From contig JAUWGH010000007.1 of assembly GCA_030606485.1 (NCBI GenBank), positions 60,001 to 92,000 on the forward strand: DNA of 32,000 nucleotides. The letters run 5' to 3'. The position numbers were made by a program, and so were the translations under genes. The stretch's first letter is position 1. Each line of letters opens with the position of its first letter. This DNA is from Promethearchaeota archaeon. Its GTDB lineage: Archaea > Asgardarchaeota > Lokiarchaeia > Sigyniarchaeales > SOKP01. This document shows, piece after piece, positions 1 through 9,247 of this stretch. Below the pieces are notes generated by a model. The model was not told the DNA's origin and ran no database searches. It saw only the letters and a program-made list of their open reading frames with translations.

Positions 1-128
1 AACCGACTTTTGGTAAGATTACAATTGTCAATAAAAAATCAAGTAAATGAAAAAATAATAATATTAAAAAATTAAAAATTTAATATATTTTAACAAATTT
101 ATTTTTAATATAAACAAAAAAATAATTA

Positions 129-743
129 TTGATTTTTATGTCTATTGATTATGATGGAATTGTATCTGAATTGATGCAAAGAGATCCATCTATAATTGCC
201 GTTGCGGTTATAACAGGAGCTCAAGATATTGTTTATTCAACAGATAATTGGGATATTAGCTCAGATATTAGTAAGGTTTCATCTGCATGGAGTTCAATGA
301 ATGCTCAGTTTGTAATAATTTCTGGTGTAAAATACTCAATGTTACAATGTACTATTGAAAGAATGGTATGTACTAACATAAAAGGGCAGGGACACATTGT
401 TGGGGCTAAGGATGACGAGCATAAAATTATTGCATATGTCGAACCCGAAGCGGATATAAATGGTGCTTATATGGATACAGCTCGAATCTTAGATAAAATG
501 AGTTCAAAAACCCCTTATTTGGATGAAAATGCCCAATTAGGAACTTCCCAACCAGTAGCTCCCGTTTCTGGAGGAGTAGCTATCGATCCCCAACTAAAAA
601 GTGAAATTACGGCTTTTCTTGATTGGATAAAAGCCGAAGATGGCCTTTCGGGATATCTAAATTATTATCTTCAACAAAATAATGCAAATATCATGAGCGA
701 ATTGGCAAAAATTTATAGCGATTTACGCAATATTTGTCAATAA
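129..743 (+). CDS. Profilin-like protein (Asgard type) with a C-terminal helical extension
   Basis: The first ~125 aa follow the profilin pattern (IIAVAVITG..IVYSTDNWDI; ISGVKYSMLQCT.ERMV.TNIKGQGHIV). A Pro/Gly linker and a ~55-aa helical tail follow. Likely start is ATG at 138. Confidence 0.7.
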   Translation: MIFMSIDYDGIVSELMQRDPSIIAVAVITGAQDIVYSTDNWDISSDISKVSSAWSSMNAQFVIISGVKYSMLQCTIERMVCTNIKGQGHIVGAKDDEHKIIAYVEPEADINGAYMDTARILDKMSSKTPYLDENAQLGTSQPVAPVSGGVAIDPQLKSEITAFLDWIKAEDGLSGYLNYYLQQNNANIMSELAKIYSDLRNICQ

Positions 744-967
744 TTGGTATTTAACGCAATTTTTTAAATGAATATACTTGTATTTTCTTTTTTCCTTTAA
801 AATTCTTTTTTAACAATTTCTAATTTTAAATTTTAACTATGAAAATAAAAAATTATTTTAATCTCATTGTTTCTTAAATTAATAAATAGTAATGAAAACA
901 AATTAATTGGTGAAATCAAATAAAGCTATATTTAATTCAAGATAAAGAAATCATATCTTCTAAAAAA

Positions 968-2101
968 TTGTCTTATGATAATTTTATATTTATATTTGAT
1001 GCTCAAAATAAAATTGGGGGTTTTTGGAAAGGTGAATTTGCTGAAGAATTTGATGAAATTTTTGCTAAGGAAATTATAGAAAAAATTATTAAGAAATTTG
1101 GTGACTTAGATTTTAGGATTTTCGATACATTAGATCCAAAAAATGAAGAAGATAATAATAACAAAATCTTAAAAATTGAAATCTTAAAAAGATTACCTAA
1201 TAAGACCCTTTGGAAAATTAAAAGAAGGATTTCGTCCTTATTTGTATCTAAAAAAATTAGGTCTAAAATTGGAGAATTTCGCACATTTGATAGTTCATGG
1301 AAATGGCGTAGAGACTTATTAAATTTAGAAAATATTAGTAAATTGTCAATTACAAATATATTAATTATGTTTATTACCATAATCTTTATTTATAATATAG
1401 GAATTTTACAATTGTATGATGGAACTCTTTCTTTTTTGTTTATTATTTTTCTTTTATTAGCTTTAACTATAGTTAACTTAATATTTGTTTTATTTCCAAT
1501 GAGATTTCCTGGAGTTATAAAAAAAATAATTAATTTAGAAGATAAGGAACATGAAGAGGAAGAAGTCCAGACAAGAAAAATTGAAGAAATAAAGGTCATT
1601 AAAGAACCTCTTAAACCATCTATCCCTATCTTACCTTCAGAGCAGAAATCAGAAGAATCGTCAAAACTTCGATCTTTAATTAAATCTACTACTCCATTAA
1701 AAAAAAATGAAAATGAAAAAACAAAAAAAGAAAAAGAAAAATCATTAGAATCTCTTAAAGATGGAAAATCTGACCTAAAGATCCCAGAAGTTCCAGTAGC
1801 TCCTCCAAAACAGATAATCAAACTCGATTCCCCCGAAGTTTCTCCCGAACTCTTAAAAAAAATAACTAAAGGAGAAACTAAAGAACTAAAATATGTGCTT
1901 GTTAAATGTGATAGATGTAATAAAATAATTGCATTTCCTGTTCCGAAGAAAAAAGTTCTTAAATCAGAATTACCTGTTGTTCCCATTTCATATATTCATG
2001 GAAAGGGAAAGGAAAGACATTGTTTAACAGCTCATGTTGATCATGATTTTGATATTAGACGACGGCGGGTTTCTGATGTTGTATTTGAAGAATTGGAGTA
2101 A
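968..2101 (+). CDS. Membrane protein: two TM helices, charged/Pro-rich linker, C-terminal CxxC...H...H domain
   Basis: 377-aa ORF with a TTG start. Two hydrophobic stretches lie at about aa 128-177. The C-terminus reads VKCDRC...PISYIHG...HCLTAHVDHDF. Confidence 0.7.
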   Translation: MSYDNFIFIFDAQNKIGGFWKGEFAEEFDEIFAKEIIEKIIKKFGDLDFRIFDTLDPKNEEDNNNKILKIEILKRLPNKTLWKIKRRISSLFVSKKIRSKIGEFRTFDSSWKWRRDLLNLENISKLSITNILIMFITIIFIYNIGILQLYDGTLSFLFIIFLLLALTIVNLIFVLFPMRFPGVIKKIINLEDKEHEEEEVQTRKIEEIKVIKEPLKPSIPILPSEQKSEESSKLRSLIKSTTPLKKNENEKTKKEKEKSLESLKDGKSDLKIPEVPVAPPKQIIKLDSPEVSPELLKKITKGETKELKYVLVKCDRCNKIIAFPVPKKKVLKSELPVVPISYIHGKGKERHCLTAHVDHDFDIRRRRVSDVVFEELE

Positions 2102-2136
2102 TTATGGATTATATATTATACCTTATAATTCCTTCT

Positions 2137-2352
2137 CTATAAAAAGTAAATAAATATTAATGCAATCGAAATCGGTACAATACATAAAATAAGAAGAAAT
2201 AATAACCAACTCTTGGTCCAATTTATGAAACTATTTGGATATAAGATTGCGTTACATTCTGGGCATCGCTGAATACTCTTATCAATAATTTCTAATTTAC
2301 AATTCCAACAAAGAGTCTTTTTAAAATCTTCTTCTTTCTTCAATGATAACAA
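2137..2352 (-). CDS. Small zinc-ribbon membrane protein
   Basis: CWNC-x11-CPEC followed by one C-terminal TM helix; fills the intergenic gap. Confidence 0.65.
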   Translation of the reverse strand: MLSLKKEEDFKKTLCWNCKLEIIDKSIQRCPECNAILYPNSFINWTKSWLLFLLILCIVPISIALIFIYFL

Positions 2353-2437
2353 TCTTAAATTTATTGAATATTAATTAAAACCAATAAACATTAATACTTA
2401 TATTATTGGAATAAAATATTTTATTTAAAAAATTTAG

Positions 2438-3268
2438 TTGTTGATAATGTCTGGTTATTTTGGTAAATCAATTAGACTTGAAAGAATCATGGATAGAAAT
2501 ACCAGAAAAACAATTATTATACCCTTAGATCACGGTTTAACTGTAGGACCAATTAAAGGATTAGAGAGTAATTTAGGAGAAATTGTGAATAAAATTGCTG
2601 AGGGGGGTGCTAATGCTGTTTTAGGTCATATCGGCATACCACTATATGCCCATAGAAAATATGGTCAAGATATTGGTCTAATACTTCATTTATCAGGGTC
2701 AACTAATTTAAGTCCTAATCCGAATTATAAGGTTTTGACCAATAATGTTCAAGATGCCATGAAAATGGGTGCTGATTGTGTTTCAATTCATATTAATTTG
2801 GGAACAGATACAGATCCAGAGATGCTTCAAACTTTGGGGACTCTCTCAAGAGAATGTAGAGAATGGGGAATGCCACTTTTAGCAATGATGTATCCTAGAG
2901 GTGAAAAAATAGTAAAAGATGGAAAAGATGAATATGATGTTGATGTTGTTAAAATTGCCGCAAGAGTTGCTGCTGAACTCGGTGTAGATATTGTAAAAAC
3001 AAATTGGACCGGTGATATTGATTCTTTTAAAGAGGTTGTGAAAGGATGTATGGCTCCCGTGATTATTGCTGGGGGTGAAAAGCGAGGACTTTGGGGGATT
3101 TTAGAAATAACTAAAGCATCAATAGACGCGGGGGGTTCAGGTGTTGCTTATGGTAGGAACGTTTTTCAAGCAGATGATCCAACGGCAGTTGTAAAAGCAT
3201 TAGCCCTGATCGTCCATCAAGGGTACGAGGTGGAAGAAGCGGTAAGAGAAACAAATCTTTCAGTATAA
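2438..3268 (+). CDS. aroA': 2-amino-3,7-dideoxy-D-threo-hept-6-ulosonate synthase / archaeal class I aldolase (MJ0400-like, DhnA family)
   Basis: Motifs [34 protein letters not shown] (Schiff-base Lys), AGG and GRNVFQ. Probable start is ATG at 2447. Confidence 0.85.
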   Translation: MLIMSGYFGKSIRLERIMDRNTRKTIIIPLDHGLTVGPIKGLESNLGEIVNKIAEGGANAVLGHIGIPLYAHRKYGQDIGLILHLSGSTNLSPNPNYKVLTNNVQDAMKMGADCVSIHINLGTDTDPEMLQTLGTLSRECREWGMPLLAMMYPRGEKIVKDGKDEYDVDVVKIAARVAAELGVDIVKTNWTGDIDSFKEVVKGCMAPVIIAGGEKRGLWGILEITKASIDAGGSGVAYGRNVFQADDPTAVVKALALIVHQGYEVEEAVRETNLSV

Positions 3269-3305
3269 ATTTAAATAGAAACGAAATGAATAGAGAATAA
3301 AAAAA

Positions 3306-3674
3306 ATGAACATAATTGCTGAAAAGAATATACAAATAGATAATATTACTATTTACCTTACTTTAGTAAAATTATATCGAGGCTATGTTCTTTTTATATC
3401 TGATCAAGTAAATTTTGGATTAGGTTCTATTACTTTAAGCACACCACCTTTAAATGATGTTCTAAAATCAACATCTGTTTCGTATCAACTTTTTGGAATG
3501 GAACATAACTTATTATCTAAAATGATTGTTGAAAAAGCAGCGAGCTATTTAAAAGAACCAGTTATATTATTATTTTTTTTAAAGGGAAAAGAAATGGAGA
3601 ACAAGCTTATTAAGCCAATTATAACATTATTGAATCAAATTTTAGAGGAATACAAAAGGAAAATAAAAAATTAA
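3306..3674 (+). CDS. Small protein resembling proteasome assembly chaperone PAC4/PAC3 fold
   Basis: Strand/helix pattern (IYLTLVKL.RGYVLFIS..LGSITLSTP...LFG...LSKMIVEKAASYLKEPVILLF) resembles PSMG4. Recognised by eye only. Confidence 0.4.
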   Translation: MNIIAEKNIQIDNITIYLTLVKLYRGYVLFISDQVNFGLGSITLSTPPLNDVLKSTSVSYQLFGMEHNLLSKMIVEKAASYLKEPVILLFFLKGKEMENKLIKPIITLLNQILEEYKRKIKN

Positions 3675-3705
3675 TAATTTTATTTCATTACGAGGATTTC
3701 CTAAA

Positions 3706-4014
3706 TTGAAAAAATTCATTCTTACAAATATTTTTGGTAATACGGTTCGAATAAAAATTCTTGAACTTCTTCTTGATAACATTTTGAAAAAAGAGGTTGA
3801 ATGGGAGTATATCTCTAAAATTGCTAAAGAAGCTGGAATCTCTACTTCATCTTCAAAACGGGTTATTGATTCACTCGTAGAATCTAATATTGTCGATGAA
3901 TTACCCATTAAAACTCATGCAAAAAATCCAAAAAGAAGTATTCGATTAAATTTAGATAATAAAATCGTTAACGAGCTAATCTTTTTTTATCGGAAAATCC
4001 GAGCCTTTAAATAA
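3706..4014 (+). CDS. Winged helix-turn-helix protein (putative transcription regulator)
   Basis: RIKILELLL...ISKIAKEAGISTSSSKRVIDSLVESNIV, followed by a wing hairpin. Confidence 0.75.
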   Translation: MKKFILTNIFGNTVRIKILELLLDNILKKEVEWEYISKIAKEAGISTSSSKRVIDSLVESNIVDELPIKTHAKNPKRSIRLNLDNKIVNELIFFYRKIRAFK

Positions 4015-4030
4015 ATATTCATTTTTTAAA

Positions 4031-4195
4031 TGCAGGGAGTGGGATTCGAACCCACGAAGAGCTATCTCACCGGATATCTCATCTGAAATTAGTGAGATCA
4101 ACGGAAATCATATTAATTAGATCTTGAGTCGAGCTAATGAGAAAGCTTTTTTCCCAAAAGAGTCCGGCACCGTTGACCAACTTGGTTATCCCTGC
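4031..4195 (-). tRNA. tRNA-Leu(CAA) with two introns (34 nt, probably 32/33; 47 nt at canonical 37/38)
   Basis: Acceptor GCAGGGA/TCCCTGC, anticodon stem CCGGA/TCCGG, long variable arm and T-arm GTGGG-TTCGAAT-CCCAC. Removing both inserts gives the loop CT-CAA-GA and an 84-nt tRNA. Intron 2 (4076..4122) has a perfect CTCA/TGAG BHB helix. Confidence 0.9.
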
Positions 4196-4329
4196 TTGAA
4201 GAATTTTTAAATAAAATAATATTTCAATAAATAAAAATCATTTTATAATCACTTTAACCAGACTTAGTCTTATAAATAATTAATAGTTTAACATAGTTTT
4301 AAAATCAAGATCAATTGAAAAAAGAAGAT

Positions 4330-4374
4330 ATCCTGTGGCGTAGACCTACAGGGGTTCAAATCCCTCCTCCTACA
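4330..4374 (+). pseudogene. Orphan 3' half of a tRNA-Leu (split-tRNA half or relic)
   Basis: A-TCCTG-TGGCGTAGACCTAC-AGGGG-TTCAAAT-CCCTC-CTCCTAC-A aligns with the 3' half of tRNA-Leu(GAG) at 28906..29018. I found no matching 5' half (GTAGGAG...CAGGA) nearby. Confidence 0.75.
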
Positions 4375-4402
4375 TTCCTGAAATTATTTTATTTATAAAA
4401 AA

Positions 4403-4630
4403 TTAGCCTCCCCCCATTAGGAACATGACAATGAACATTACAACCATCATACCAATTAGAAAATACATCTGAATTTTGGATTTTTTTTTCTTTTTTTTCT
4501 CGTAAGATATTGCAGAATCCTTACAATCTTGGCCACAATATTGCTTACCTTCTGGTATAGCCCTTCCACAGATAATACAATGTTCATGAGGACCATATTT
4601 TTTTTGTATTTTATCTTTCCAACTTGACAA
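4403..4630 (-). CDS. DUF2116-like Zn-ribbon membrane protein
   Basis: PHEHCIICGRAIP...YCGQDC plus a C-terminal TM helix. Confidence 0.8.
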   Translation of the reverse strand: MSSWKDKIQKKYGPHEHCIICGRAIPEGKQYCGQDCKDSAISYEKKKKKKSKIQMYFLIGMMVVMFIVMFLMGGG

Positions 4631-4690
4631 TAACTTAGACTCCTAATAATAATTATTAATAAATAATAAAATAAAATTAAAAAGTTTTGT

Positions 4691-5407
4691 TCAATTCTGA
4701 TCTGACTTAATAACCGTACCAATTCCAGATGGATTTCCATCTAAAATTTTTTTTAACTGAGTTAAATCCTTTCCCGAAAAAATTCTTACATTTAAATTAC
4801 TTCTCTTTAATATTTGTAGGGATACAGCATCAAATATACGATATTCACCTGCTGCTGCTTGATTATTGCTGGATGATTCAAGAATAAGATTTTGAAGTTG
4901 AATTTCTGTTAATTCATCAAACTTTGTAGCATCTGGGAATTTCTTTGGATCTTTATTAAAAATACCTTCAACATCGGTCATAATTAAAATCTCATCTGCA
5001 TTTAAAAATTCTGAGACTTCTAATGCAACTGAAGTAGTAGATTGACCTGGTTGTAATCCGCCAAGCACTAAAATTTTTTTAAATAACATATTTTTTGCCA
5101 AATCTTCTATTGTTTTTAATGCCATTGGAAAAGATGCATTTCCCAAACCTTCAATTATCAATCTAGCATTTAATCTTGATATGTAAATACCCATCATATC
5201 GCATTTCGATTCATTTACACCAAATTCCCTAAGTGTTTGAATATATTTTCTAGCAATAATTCCCCCCCCGCAAACAATAGCTAAAATATCATCTCTGGGC
5301 CTAATTAACTCGCAAAATTTTTTGATTTTCGTCGAATTAATCTGATCTCCTTCAAATAAAAGGGAACCTCCAATTTTTATAACTCTTTTAAGAGACATAA
5401 ATTTCAC
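4691..5407 (-). CDS. pyrH: UMP kinase (archaeal)
   Basis: VIKIGGS, VCGGG.IAR.YI, GGLQPGQSTT, TDVEGIFNKDPKK. Probable start is ATG at 5398. Confidence 0.95.
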   Translation of the reverse strand: MKFMSLKRVIKIGGSLLFEGDQINSTKIKKFCELIRPRDDILAIVCGGGIIARKYIQTLREFGVNESKCDMMGIYISRLNARLIIEGLGNASFPMALKTIEDLAKNMLFKKILVLGGLQPGQSTTSVALEVSEFLNADEILIMTDVEGIFNKDPKKFPDATKFDELTEIQLQNLILESSSNNQAAAGEYRIFDAVSLQILKRSNLNVRIFSGKDLTQLKKILDGNPSGIGTVIKSDQN

Positions 5408-5472
5408 AATAACTTATTTAGATTATTAAAACCTTGTAATATTAATTAGATAATATATAAAAAAAGCTTTCT

Positions 5473-6432
5473 ATGTCATTAAATACCTCAGAAATTTTAA
5501 TTAAAGTACCTCACAGAATTTCTGGATTCTTTCAAATCGTTGATGAAATTAACGGAATCAAAATTGGGAACCCAGAGAAAATTGGTTCTCGAGGAGCAGG
5601 TTTTTGTATTACAGCATTTGGATATACAAAAATCTCAATCCAAGATATTAAAACTTCTAAGGAGAATAAAGTTCAGATTTTAATTAATGGACAAGAGCAA
5701 ACTAAGAATGCAAAGACTACAAACTATATCTTCTTATACCTAAAGGAATTTTTTAAGAAAAAAGTGAAAATGAGAATCGATCATAATTTTGATCTTCCTG
5801 TTGGCTGTGGTTATGGGGCAAGCGGTTCAGGAGCTATTGGCACAGCATTAGGGATTAATTTTCTTATGGATTTAAATTTACCCTATGATGAACTTGGAAA
5901 AATTGCCCATATTGCAGAAGTAGAGAATAAAACAGGATTAGGTACTATAGCAGGTCTATGGCATGGAGGACTTAGTATAATTTTAAAGCCTGGATATCCA
6001 TTTATTGTAGATAAAATACCCTATCCCAAAAACTTAAAGATAATTTCTGGTACATTTGGTGAAATACAGACAAAATCAATTTTATCAGATCCCTTATTAA
6101 GCTTAAAAATAAAAGATGCCGGAAAAAAAGCCATGATAAGGATATTAAAATCTCCCGATATTTTTATTTTTTTGGACGAATCTATTAATTTTGTAAAACA
6201 AACAAATCTCTTAAACCGTCTAAACCTTTCAGAATGTCAGGATTTAATGAATTCTCTCAATAAGCTGACAAATGTGAAAGCAAGTATGAATCAATTAGGA
6301 AAGTCAATATTTGCAATATGTTTCCCTGAAAGGGTTAATGATGTTATTGAAGTATATGAATCCTACAAACCACAAGTTAAAATTTTTAATTTAGAAATAT
6401 GTCCTAATGGACCGGTAATTTTAAATCAGTAA
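5473..6432 (+). CDS. pok: Pantoate kinase (GHMP family)
   Basis: VPHRISGFF, GSRGAG, LPVGCGYGASG, AHIAEV...TGLGT; clustered with PPS and KPR. Confidence 0.9.
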   Translation: MSLNTSEILIKVPHRISGFFQIVDEINGIKIGNPEKIGSRGAGFCITAFGYTKISIQDIKTSKENKVQILINGQEQTKNAKTTNYIFLYLKEFFKKKVKMRIDHNFDLPVGCGYGASGSGAIGTALGINFLMDLNLPYDELGKIAHIAEVENKTGLGTIAGLWHGGLSIILKPGYPFIVDKIPYPKNLKIISGTFGEIQTKSILSDPLLSLKIKDAGKKAMIRILKSPDIFIFLDESINFVKQTNLLNRLNLSECQDLMNSLNKLTNVKASMNQLGKSIFAICFPERVNDVIEVYESYKPQVKIFNLEICPNGPVILNQ

Positions 6433-6463
6433 TTACTATAATTTGACTTAAAAATTATATTTT

Positions 6464-7735
6464 TTAAAAATCAATTATATATCTTAATAATCCTACAACT
6501 CCACCAAAAGTGTGTAAAACCATTTCACCATCTTCTGTGTTTGTAGATATAATTTCAATATTTGTTCCCGAAGCCTCGGCCAATTCGCCTAATTCTTCTA
6601 TTAATGATTCTTCTTTAGTAATATTAAACAAACTAGATTGGCATTTTGGACATGATGTATTTTGAATTTCTTCCCTTACTTTTGCTAACTCGTCTAATTT
6701 CACAGTTCTTGTTTCTGAATATTTACATGCCTTGCATTCAATCTTTACAGCAATAAGATCTAAATCCTCTGAAAATATTAAATATTCTAACGCTCCATAA
6801 TTTAAAGCTTTTCTAATTTCCTCTTCACCATAAACTGCCTTACCTGTTTCTCTTGCTAATTCCCCTAAAAATTTTTGAACAATTTCTTTTTCGCGTATAT
6901 ATTTTACATTTTTAATATCATCTTTTATTTTTAAAACTAAAGGTCTTATTCCTTCCTTACCACCATAGCCGAGATCGACGGTATTTATGATTTTTTCTCT
7001 TAGTCGATAATCTAAACTCCCATCCTTTACAAATTCATTTTTTGTAAAACCTGGACCACCTATAAAGATCCCTTTTAATTCATCTACATTTAAAAAAACT
7101 TCGTTGCAATAACTAGCAACACGTCTAATAAATCTTATTTTTCCTTCTTCTATAAGCCGAGAGAATCTTACCGATGATTGACCTCCAGCTCTATGTTTAC
7201 TATGCGTTCCAGAGGTAAAATCCTTTAGTATCTTCATATAACTTCCTTTCAAATATCCAACGGCTGCCTCCCCTCTATCAATAACAATCAAACCATATAC
7301 ATCATGTTCCTCTAACATATATTCTAATGGTTCTAAAAAAAATTCACTAGCACAATGATACTTGAAGATTGTAACTTTTTCAGGAGGTTCTAATATATAA
7401 ATTTCATTTTTTTCTGTACCTGGAGCATTTCCTTGTGGTATTGCTCCAGAAAATATAATTAATCCATTTTCAGGAACTTCTTTAAAATTTTTTAACTGCC
7501 CTTGCAAACTTGCAATGCTATCTAAAACATTCTTTCGAGTTAATTTTGATTTGATATTTTGACTTTCAGCAACCTCATTTTTAAGATAATTAGTAACATC
7601 AGAAAGTTTTTTATCATGAGGAATATACAAACTTATTAATTCGGTATGAAATCCTTTCTTTTTACGCAAAAAATCTAATAATTTTTTTGTCTTAAATTTT
7701 TTTAAGTCTTGACTCTTTTTTGATCTTTCTGACAT
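6464..7735 (-). CDS. prf1: Peptide chain release factor aRF1/eRF1
   Basis: TELISLYIP, NIKS, YHC (YxC), KHRAGGQS (GGQ), GPGFTK and a C-terminal Zn minidomain. Confidence 0.97.
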   Translation of the reverse strand: MSERSKKSQDLKKFKTKKLLDFLRKKKGFHTELISLYIPHDKKLSDVTNYLKNEVAESQNIKSKLTRKNVLDSIASLQGQLKNFKEVPENGLIIFSGAIPQGNAPGTEKNEIYILEPPEKVTIFKYHCASEFFLEPLEYMLEEHDVYGLIVIDRGEAAVGYLKGSYMKILKDFTSGTHSKHRAGGQSSVRFSRLIEEGKIRFIRRVASYCNEVFLNVDELKGIFIGGPGFTKNEFVKDGSLDYRLREKIINTVDLGYGGKEGIRPLVLKIKDDIKNVKYIREKEIVQKFLGELARETGKAVYGEEEIRKALNYGALEYLIFSEDLDLIAVKIECKACKYSETRTVKLDELAKVREEIQNTSCPKCQSSLFNITKEESLIEELGELAEASGTNIEIISTNTEDGEMVLHTFGGVVGLLRYIIDF

Positions 7736-7801
7736 TTAATTCTCTTACCTAAAAAAATCTGTAATAAAATTAATATTTTTTTATATTTTTTTATATTTAA
7801 G

Positions 7802-8593
7802 ATGAACCAACCGAATGAAAATATTGACCTCATCCCAGACTCACATCCGCGTGCAAAATCTCTTAGAGAAAGACACAAATTAATAATAGGAATGAAAAAC
7901 TTAGTAGTTGCAGAAGCGGGATTAATTGCTCATGGTAGAGGTGAAGCTTTTGATTACATTCTTGGAGAAAAAACAAATCCACCGGCGATAAAAGCAATGA
8001 ATGCTGCTGTAGCTATGTTAATGCTTGCTAAACATCCAATAATAAGTGTAAATGGAAATACAGCTGCCTTGGTTTCTAAAGAATTAGTTAAATTATCCAA
8101 AATACTCAATTCTAAATTAGAAATAAATTTATTTTATAGAAAAGAAGGACGAGTTGAAGCAATTAAAAATATGTTAGTAAAGGCAGGTGCAGAAGAAATT
8201 TTAGGAATAAACGAAATAGAAATGGTTGAGATTGAAGAATTGACCAGTAATCGTAGAAGAGTTGCCCCTAATGGAATAAAAATAGCAGATGTGGTATTTG
8301 TTCCCTTGGAAGATGGTGATAGAACAGAAGCATTGAAGAAATTAGGAAAAAAAGTGATTGCAGTTGATCTTAATCCATTAAGTCGAACATCCATTAATGC
8401 TGATATTACCATTGTAGATAACATAATCCGAGTAGTACCTAAAATGATTGAGATCGCCAAGAAATTAAAGGAATATACCAAAAAAAGATTAAATGAAATA
8501 ATATTGAAATTTAATAATAAAAAAAATATTTGCACTATGTTAAATTTAATAAAAGAATATATAGAAACACAAAAAGAAGTCTCTTTTAGATAA
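7802..8593 (+). CDS. pps: Phosphopantothenate synthetase (4-phosphopantoate--beta-alanine ligase)
   Basis: SHPRAKSL..R, GLIAHGRGEAFDYILGE, ISVNGN, VPLEDGDRTEAL, DLNPLSRT. Confidence 0.95.
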   Translation: MNQPNENIDLIPDSHPRAKSLRERHKLIIGMKNLVVAEAGLIAHGRGEAFDYILGEKTNPPAIKAMNAAVAMLMLAKHPIISVNGNTAALVSKELVKLSKILNSKLEINLFYRKEGRVEAIKNMLVKAGAEEILGINEIEMVEIEELTSNRRRVAPNGIKIADVVFVPLEDGDRTEALKKLGKKVIAVDLNPLSRTSINADITIVDNIIRVVPKMIEIAKKLKEYTKKRLNEIILKFNNKKNICTMLNLIKEYIETQKEVSFR

Positions 8594-8690
8594 TAGAATT
8601 ATTGCCTAATATTATGTAAATAAAAAAAAAATAATTATTTAAATTAAAAAAAAATTTTATATCTAGTAAATCTTTAAATATATTAAGAAT

Positions 8691-9239
8691 ATGGTTATTG
8701 ATAATAAATTTTATTTACACACATTATATCACGATAAAGAAGATAACTTCTTTAAAGTAGTTCCATGTCAAATAAATGATATACATGAAGTAGAAAAAAT
8801 AAATAAGGAGACATTACCTGAAAACTATCCTTATTTCTTCTATAAAAGTATATTAGACTCATTTTCTGATTCCTTTTTAGTAGCTAAGTTAAAAGGAGAA
8901 ACAAATAAAATTATTGGATATATTATGTGGCGTATCGAAAAGGGAATTTCTAATTTTGGGCTTAAGGTTGTAAGTAAAGGGCATTTAGTTTCTATAGCAG
9001 TTAACAAAAAATTTCAAAGAAGAGGAGTCGGAACGATATTATTAGCAAAAAGTTTACTTCAAGTAAAAAAATTTAATGTTCAAGAATTTGTTCTTGAAGT
9101 GAGATTATCTAACTTTAAAGCCATAAATCTTTATCAGAGTAAATTGCATTTTGAAAAACAAAAAATATTAAAAAATTATTACAAAGATGGGGAAAATGCA
9201 TATTTTATGGCTCTTCAAGCAGATTTAATTGAGGAATAA
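8691..9239 (+). CDS. ard1: Ard1/RimI-family N-terminal acetyltransferase
   Basis: LPENYPYFFY, GHLVSIAV...QRRGVG, LEVRLSN..AINLY, YYKDGENA. Confidence 0.9.
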   Translation: MVIDNKFYLHTLYHDKEDNFFKVVPCQINDIHEVEKINKETLPENYPYFFYKSILDSFSDSFLVAKLKGETNKIIGYIMWRIEKGISNFGLKVVSKGHLVSIAVNKKFQRRGVGTILLAKSLLQVKKFNVQEFVLEVRLSNFKAINLYQSKLHFEKQKILKNYYKDGENAYFMALQADLIEE

Positions 9240-9247
9240 ATTAATAG

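Noticed and set aside
4257-4273. CCAGACTTAG as the missing 5' anticodon half (Leu-TAG) of the orphan tRNA
   Set aside because: It does not pair properly with TCCTG, and no D-arm or acceptor strand precedes it. At best it is an unprovable decayed remnant.
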